A DNA stretch of 15,192 nt from Salpingoeca rosetta. Taxonomy: Eukaryota > Protista > Choanoflagellata. Both the position numbers and the translations under genes were made by a program. Numbering within the stretch: position 1 is the first letter of the stretch; every line of letters starts with the position of its first letter. Shown one piece after another: positions 8,543 to 15,192 of this stretch. A model generated the notes under the pieces. The model did not search any database. It had not been told where the DNA came from and was given only the letters and a program-made list of their open reading frames with translations. The stretch spans positions 1,197,861-1,213,052 of the forward strand of contig JAWQFM010000020.1 of the NCBI GenBank assembly GCA_033442325.1, read 5' to 3'.

Positions 8543-11500
8543 CTCCCCCTCAACTGCCTTCCTCTGCTCCGTCTCAGCCGTCGAGGTTCCCACCAGTCGT
8601 GGCAGGTGCTGCTCGAAGGTCTGCTTGTCCAGTGCCTTGGTCAGCGCGTCGGCAACCATCTGCGTGCCGGGACAGTGCTGCAGCACAATGGTTCCGTCGG
8701 CGATGAGCTCCCGCACGAAGTGGTGGCGTACCCGGATGTGCTTCGTGCGCGGCTTGGTGACGTGGTCGTTGCCGATGGCGATGGCCGCCTGGTTATCTGT
8801 CAGCATCTTGGTGGCTCCAGCCTCGGGCTCGTCGAGGTCCATGAGCAGCTGCCGCAGGAAGACCACGTCCTGCGCTGCAGCAGAGATGGCCATGTACTCG
8901 GCCTCGGCGGTGCTCAGCGCAACCGTGGGTTGCAGCCGGCTGCTCCAAGACACAAGACAGCCGTTGATGTAGCAGGTGAAGCCCGTCGTGGAGCGGCCCG
9001 TCAGCTGGTCTGTGCCGAAGCTGGCATCGCTGTAGCACACAAGGTCCAGCGGCTGGTCCTTGCGCGTGCCGCTGCGTCGCTTGAAGAGGAGGCCGTGCTC
9101 GCTCGTCGCCTTCAGGTACCGCACGACGTGCTTGGCTGCCTGCCAGTGGACCGTCGTGTAACGGTCCATGTAACGGCAGAGCAGCCCGCACGCGAAGCTG
9201 ACGTCTGGTCTGGTGCGGTTGGCCAGGTACAGGAGCGAGCCGACGAGGTTGCGGAACGGCAAGCGTCGGTCGGGCTGCTCGCTGATGCTGGAGGCGTCGA
9301 TGCCAACACGCATGGGCGTGGACACGCTGGCTGCCGCTGCCAGGTTGTAGTCGTTGACGATGTCGTTGATGGCCTGTGTCTGCGCAATGTGTAACACCCC
9401 GTCAGCTGGTGACGTCAGGTGAAGGCCCAGGTACCAGGTGAGTGGGCCCAGGTCCTCAGCCTCGAAGCTCTCCTTGATCTGCTGCTTGCAGGCACGGATG
9501 TGGCGCTCGCTGCTGCCGCTGATGATGAGGTCGTCGACGTACGTGATGATCCATGTGCGCTGTCCGTCGTCGTGGAGCTTGGTGAAGAGGCAGGCGTCGA
9601 CGTTGCTCTGCGCCCATCCGTTGGTCTTGAGGAAGGTGTGCAGCTTCTTGGCCCATGCACGGCCAGCTTGCTTGAGACCGTAGAGCGGCTTGAGCAGCCG
9701 GCACACCTTGCCCGCGTAGCGTTGAGCGCCGTCGCCGATGTCGGTGAAGTGCGGCGGCAGCTCCATGTACAGCTCCTCCTTGAGATCAGCCTGCAGGTAA
9801 GCCGACTTGAAGTCGAGCTGGTGCAGCTGGTGCTGTCGTTGCAGGGAGACGGCGAGTACAGTGAGGATGGTCTTGGCTGCTGGTGTTGGGGCGTAGGTCT
9901 GGTCGAAGTCGATGCCCGGTCGTTGGCTGAAGCCCTTGGCGACCCAGCGTGCCTTGAAGCGCGTCGGCGCGCCCTCAGCATCACGCTTCACCTTGAAGAC
10001 GAAGCGCGACTTGAGCAGCGTGTGCTGCCGTGGCACGACGCATGCGTGGGATGAGCTTGATGACGCCGTTGCGCTCCATCGCCCCGNNNNNNNNNNNNNN
10101 NNNNNNNNNNNNNNNNNNNNNNNNNNNNNNNNNNNNNNNNNNNNNNNNNNNNNNNNNNNNNNNNNNNNNNNNNNNNNNNNNNNNNNNNNNNNNNNNNNNN
10201 NNNNNNNNNNNNNNNNNNNNNNNNNNNNNNNNNNNNNNNNNNNNNNNNNNNNNNNNNNNNNNNNNNNNNNNNNCGTCAAAGTCCGTGAGCAGGAAGTCTG
10301 TCTCGACATCCTGGTCCTGGTCCTCGTCGATGTGAACCCGTTGGTGGCTCACCGTCAGTGGTGCTGTTGCTGCTGTCACGTGCACTGGGAAGCTGGAGCA
10401 TGGACGATGTCGTGGATGTCTGCACTTGCTCCTCCCCCTCATCCACGACATCATCGGCCTTGGAGAAGGGAAGGAAGCGGACGTGGATGGAGGACACAAC
10501 GGTGTTTGTGTCTGCGAAGTAGACGAGGTGGCTGTTGCTGCTGCTGTTGTAGCCGACGTAGATGCCTCGACGACCCTTGGGCTGCAGGCGACCGCGCTGT
10601 GTGCTGATGTGGACGACGGCCGGCTGCCCGAAGATGTGCAGCTGCGGCACGTGCTTGGGCAGCGAGCCCGTGACAATCTGCAGCGGTGTCTTGCCGTGGA
10701 GGGAAGGGCGAGGCATGTTGTTGAGGATGTGGAGGGCGTGGTTGCAGGCGAGGCTCCAGTACGATGCGTCGAGGCCTGCACCCGTGATCATGGCTCGCAC
10801 CATGTCGGAGAGGGTGCGCACCTGTCGCTCGACGATGCCGTTCTGCGCCTGGGTGTACGGCGGGGACTGCTGGTGCTGCTTCAGGTGCTTCTTGACGATG
10901 GCCTGGAAGTCAGCTCCGAGGAAGATGGCATCGGAATCCGTCTGGAGTGCTGTTGTTGTGGGCGAGATGGGGAGCTTGGTCTCGCGCAGGAAAGACTGGA
11001 ACGCGGCAACTGCGTCCTTCTTGGCGTTGAGATGGACTGCATGCAGGAGCTTGCTTCCCTCATCGACGATGACGAGGCTGTAGCGCTTGCCCGTGGGCGA
11101 GTCCGCGGTCCAGTCGACGATGTCGGCATGGATGCGCTCGCCGGGCACCTGTGTGCGCTCCGCGTGCTTGCTGACGCTGTGACGAGTGCTCTTGGTCACT
11201 GCGCACGTTGTACACTGCTTGCTGCTGATGGCGTTGCGATCGTCGATGCCCATCAGCTTGCAGTACTGCTGCACGTCGTTGTCGTTGCGGTGGCCAAGCA
11301 CCTCATGCATCGATGGTGTCTGCACCTTGCTCTGGGCTGCAGGAGCTGCTGCGTGTTGCTGTGGTTGCTTGCAGGCGTCGGCGGTGAGACCGTGTGCCGT
11401 GGATGGACCAACAGCAACAATGGGCCAGCATCGGAGGCTGGTGCGCTCCTTCAGCTTGACCTCGGCTCCGTGGCTGAAGCGCACGTAGTGCCCATCAGCG

Positions 11501-12147
11501 CCATCACGCTGCGAGTGGCCCGTTGGCCTGCCGCTGCTGTCCCTAGTCAGACGACCGAGGGCGATGAGGTTGGCCTGGCCCTCGGGCACGTAGAGGCACT
11601 CCTGCAACACAACCTGCATCGTGGCTCCGCTCGTCGTGCGTGCATGCAACAGCACAGAGCCAACACCGCGCACGGGCACACGTGTGCCGCCAAACGCAGT
11701 GATGTGGCGTGGATGGTGCTGTTGCAGGTGCGGTGTCAGCTCCACGAAGGCGTCCTTGACGAAGGTGAGGTGGTGTGAAGCACCCGTGTCTGCAAGCCAC
11801 GTGAGTGGGTCATGCAGCTGCGTGGGTGTAGTAGCTGTGGCAGCGACGAAGGTTGCTGCGTCTTGACCATGTTGATGCTGTGCCTGTGCAGTGAAGCCTG
11901 TTGCTCCGTTGTCGCGTTGCTTCTTGCGACACTCTGCTGCACGGTGTCCATACTTGCCACAGTAGTGACAGTTGCCACGGAAGCGGCGCCCCTTGCTGTT
12001 GCTGTTGCCGTTACCGCCGCCGTTGTTGCGTCCCTGGCGTCCGTGGTTGTTGCTGTTGTTGGAGAAGCCGCGTCTTCCACCTCTGCGTGGCGGTGCGCTT
12101 GCCATGAAGCCGCCTGCCTGCGGCTGTGTGCGTGAACCACGCATCTG
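8537..12147 (-). CDS. pol: copia Gag-Pol polyprotein of family A (5'-truncated; spans gap 10087-10273; apparent single-base frameshifts near ~10340 and ~10045)
   Basis: Zinc knuckle CHYCGKYGHRAAEC; protease WLADTGASHH; IN zinc motif HEVLGH...CTTC; IN core IHAD / QTDSD / QNGIVER; RT FKARWVAKGFSQRPGIDF, QLDFKSAYL, LYGLKQAGRAW, YVDD; RNase H YSDASF, TAEAEY, TDNQAAI, ADALTK. The stop codon lies inside the LTR. Confidence 0.95.
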
Positions 12148-12148
12148 C

Positions 12149-12367
12149 TGTAGAAACACGACAGGTGGTGTGTGTGTTTACTGTAGGCAAACGCAACAAA
12201 CAAGAACACAAGGAGAATGAACAAGCACAACAAGCTGCTGCCAAATCAACTCGGGCAGCACGCTCAAACAAACACAAGACAAGTGCACACACAGTCAGCA
12301 ACGGCCAAGGCGACATGGGCAGAGTGTGCACGAACACAAACAATCTAAACAACGAACAGCATGCATA
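12149..12367 (-). repeat. Family-A LTR fragment (U5-side 219 bp) whose CA terminus is joined directly to mid-gag of copy 2
   Basis: Matches ~642-864. The ...TTTCTACA end at 12149 is followed by gag codons with no PBS. Confidence 0.88.
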
Positions 12368-12613
12368 TGTTACAAAGGGGCTTCGCATGGTCAAGGGGAA
12401 CAGAAGGATGTTTACTAGTACCAGCCACGGGCATCAGCCCGGGCCACAAGAGGGCACAACAACAGAGAGGGGAAGCGATCGACAACAAGGAACGCAAAGG
12501 GCAAAACCACAAGGCCCAACGGAATGGCATGTGCAGATGAAAATCGTCCTACAACAAGGACAAAGGACCACTTAAAGCACACGGTAGTCAGGCGGTACAG
12601 TTGCATCACAACA
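12368..12613. mobile_element. Putative solo LTR of a third family (246 bp, TGTT...AACA)
   Basis: Unique block with TGTTAC...CACAACA termini lying exactly where homology to the family-A LTR ends and homology to family-A RT begins. No TSD (GCATA vs GTTAC). Confidence 0.65.
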
Positions 12614-14239
12614 GTTACATGGACCGTTACACGACGGTCCACCGGCAGGCAGCCAAGCACGTCGTGCGGTACCTGAAGGCGACGAGCGAGCACGGCCTCC
12701 TCTTCAAGCGATGCAGCGGCACGCGCAAGGACCAGCCGCTGGACCTTGTGTGCTACAGCGATGCCAGCTTCGGCACGGACCAGCTGACGGGCCGCTCCAC
12801 GACGGGCTTCACCTGCTACATCAACGGCTGTCTTGTGTCTTGGAGCAGCCGGCTGCAACCCACGGTTGCGCTGAGCACCGCCGAGGCCGAGTACATGGCC
12901 ATCTCCGCTGCAGCGCAGGATGTCGTCTTCCTGCGGCAGCTGCTCATGGACCTCGACGAGCCCGAGGCTGGAGCCACCAAGATGCTGACAGACAACCAGG
13001 CGGCCATCGCCATCGGCAACGACCACGTCACCAAGCCGCGCACGAAGCACATCCGGGTACGCCACCACTTCGTGCGGGAGCTCATCGCCGACGGAACCAT
13101 TGTGCTGCAGCACTGTCCCGGCACGCAGATGGTTGCCGACGCGCTAACCAAGGCACTGGACAAGCAGACCTTCGAGCAGCACCTGCCACGACTGGTGGGA
13201 ACATCGACGGCTGAGACGGAGCAGAGGAAGGCAGTTGAGGGGGAGTGTTGAGAGTGAGTGAGTTTCTGTTTTGTGTTGAGTCCTTCCTAATTTGCCTTCT
13301 CATGTGGTTTTGTCTTGTTTGCCAACAACACCTGCTTTGTGGTTTTTCCGTTTGCAAACATTCCTTCCTCTCTGCTGGCATGTGTGCCAACTGCCTCTCC
13401 TCTCCTCCTTCCCCTACACACGTGANNNNNNNNNNNNNNNNNNNNNNNNNNNNNNNNNNNNNNNNNNNNNNNNNNNNNNNNNNNNNNNNNNNNNNNNNNN
13501 NNNNNNNNNNNNNNNNNNNNNNNNNNNNNNNNNNNNNNNNNNNNNNNNNNNNNNNNNNNNNNNNNNNNNNNNNNNNNNNNNNNNNNNNNNNNNNNNNNNN
13601 NNNNNNNNNNNNNNNNNNNNNNNNNNNNNNNNNNNNNNNNNNNNNNNNNNNNNNNNNNNNNNNNNNNNNNNNNNNNNNNNNNNNNNNNNNNNNNNNNNNN
13701 NNNNNNNNNNNNNNNNNNNNNNNNNNNNNNNNNNNNNNNNNNNNNNNNNNNNNNNNNNNNNNNNNNNNNNNNNNNNNNNNNNNNNNNNNNNNNNNNNNNN
13801 NNNNNNNNNNNNNNNNNNNNNNNNNNNNNNNNNNNNNNNNNNNNNNNNNNNNNNNNNNNNCTACACACGTGAGTTGTGTGCCATGTGTGTGTGCATGCCC
13901 GTCATGCTTGACGGATGCCATGTGTGCGTGCCATGCAGTCTTGTGAAGTGTTGTTCTGTTGTGGTATGCTTGCCCGCAAGCATTCATGCCATGCCTAGCA
14001 TTGCTCTGCGCGCATGTATGCATGCTGTTCATTGTTAAGATTGTTTGTGTTCGCGCACACGCTGCCCCATGTCGCCTTGGCAGCTCTGTTGACTGTGTGT
14101 GCACTTGTCGAGTGTTTGTTTGAGCGTGCTGCCCGAGTTGATTTGGCAGCAGCTTGTTGTGCTTTGTTCATTCTCCTTGTGTTCTTGTTTGTTGCGTTTG
14201 CCTACAGTAAACACACACACCACCTGTCGTGTCTCAACA
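12614..14239 (+). mobile_element. Ty1/copia family A, copy 3 (3' fragment: RT end, RNase H, PPT 13237-13245, 3' LTR from 13246)
   Basis: Near-identical inverted copy of 8537-9174. LTR terminus ...GTCTCAACA at 14239. Confidence 0.88.
12616..13251 (+). pseudogene. pol: Truncated family-A pol fragment (RT C-terminus and RNase H)
   Basis: YMDRYTTVH...ADALTK...AVEGEC* matches copy 2 except W>R (HWQAAK to HRQAAK) and R>C. No upstream domains or true start codon. Confidence 0.88.
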
Positions 14240-14670
14240 GTTTTTCCGTTTGCAAACATTCCTTCCTCTCTGCTGGCATGTGTGCCAACTGCCTCTCCTC
14301 TCCTCCTTCCCCTACACACGTGAGTTGTGTGCCATGTGTGTGTGCATGCCCGTCATGCTTGACGGATGCCATGTGTGCGTGCCATGCAGTCTTGTGAAGT
14401 GTTGTCTGTTGTGTATGCTTGCCTGCAAGCATTCATGCCATGCCTAGCATTGCTCTGCGCGCATGTATGCATGCTGTTCATTGTTAAGATTGTTTGTGTT
14501 CGCGCACACGCTGCCCATGTCGCCTTGGCAGCTCTGTTGACTGTGTGTGCACTTGTCGAGTGTTTGTTTGAGCGTGCTGCCCGAGTTGATTTGGCAGCAG
14601 CTTGTTGTGCTTGTTCATTCTCCTTGTGTTCTTGTTTGTTGCGTTTGCCTACAGTAAACACACACACACA
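13246..14670 (+). repeat. Family-A LTR followed by tandem ~451-bp copies of LTR position 97-end (2 units seen, probably 3 including the gap)
   Basis: The marker ctacacacgtga occurs at 13414, 13861 and 14312 (spacings 447 across the gap and 451). Junction TCTCAACA|GTTTTTCCG at 14239/14240. The last unit ends in a (CA)n run. Confidence 0.85.
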
Positions 14671-15192
14671 CACACGCACGCCACAGTTCCTATTGATTGT
14701 TATTGCATTTGCTGTTTTGTTTACCATGTGTGAATTTGTGATACACGGAGCAATGCAGTGGCGTGCACAGCCATCCTGGCTCAACGAAGCACAGAACGAA
14801 GCACAGACCAGGCACCACCTTCGATGCAGCAAGAGGGGAACGAAATGCAATCACAAGCGTGTGTTGTCAGGTAACAGTGAACAAATCAACCAAAGAGCAT
14901 TAACCAGGTTCTTGCAAACAGATTGGAGGAAACAGGAACACATTAGGCGACTGTGCTGTCGAGCATGTGACATTTGTTCACTTCTCGTTTCAGCTTGCAA
15001 GAATGGCCCAGCGAGTGAGGACGACTGCTGCTGGCCACACAATCGAGGGGGTGGACGAAACACAGCGTGAGCACCAATGTTGCACAGCTGCAAATACAAC
15101 ACACAACCACAAATACGTGCGTGTGCATACCTGATTATCCTGTTACGAAGCCTTTGCGGATGAAGGAGCTCAGGCATCATCATCACACTGCT

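Larger units (their letters stand above)
8447..12148 (-). mobile_element. Ty1/copia family A, copy 2 (mid-gag to 3' LTR; 3' LTR split by the Harbinger; gag N-terminus, PBS and 5' LTR missing)
   Basis: gag-PR-IN-RT-RH order, PPT GAGGGGGAG at 8551-8543, LTR start TGTTGAGAG at 8542. Confidence 0.93.

Noticed and set aside
10030-10345. Frameshifts in copy-2 pol near ~10340 and ~10045 as programmed frameshifting or true inactivation
   Set aside because: Both lie within ~70 bp of contig ends flanking a gap, so sequencing error is the simpler explanation; no slippery motif was recognised.
8606-11778. Long plus-strand ORFs 8606-9394, 9419-10054 and 10426-11778
   Set aside because: Antisense shadows of the GC3-rich pol frame, with no recognisable motifs.
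13246-14670. CRISPR-like repeat array
   Set aside because: Units are ~451-bp LTR copies without unique spacers, in a eukaryotic context.
14680-15192. Possible host exon(s) on the minus strand (ORF 14851-15186, AG|GTATGC donor-like site near 15131)
   Set aside because: No recognisable protein motif or consistent exon chain within the window.

Overview
Eukaryotic, almost entirely transposon-derived window with four N-gaps (1554-2293, 4257-4524, 10087-10273, 13426-13860). CA/GT-microsatellite introns, poly-Q and GC3-rich retroelement ORFs are reminiscent of a choanoflagellate such as Salpingoeca rosetta (inference only). It is a nested cluster. (1) The 5' end of a Ty1/copia element ('family A': gag N-terminus, PBS, 550-bp LTR, minus strand) is inserted into the integrase of (2) a second copia family ('B', plus strand, IN-RT-RNase H, PPT, 3' LTR). 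(3) A full-length PIF/Harbinger DNA transposon (4139-8446; imperfect ~38-bp TIRs, CAC target duplication) carries a 7-exon DDE transposase and a convergent, spliced Myb/SANT-like accessory gene. It sits inside the 3' LTR of (4) another family-A copy (gag-pol, minus strand), whose gag is cut by a further family-A LTR. That LTR is cut in turn by (5) a 246-bp LTR-like unit of a third type. (6) An inverted family-A RT/RNase H fragment follows, and its 3' LTR runs into a ~451-bp tandem array. Highlights: a PBS matching the anticodon arm of elongator rather than initiator tRNA-Met, the intron-rich Harbinger with a non-TWA target, a shared breakpoint at LTR position 94-97, and an LTR-derived tandem repeat. 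No host gene, RNA gene or CRISPR array is supported.
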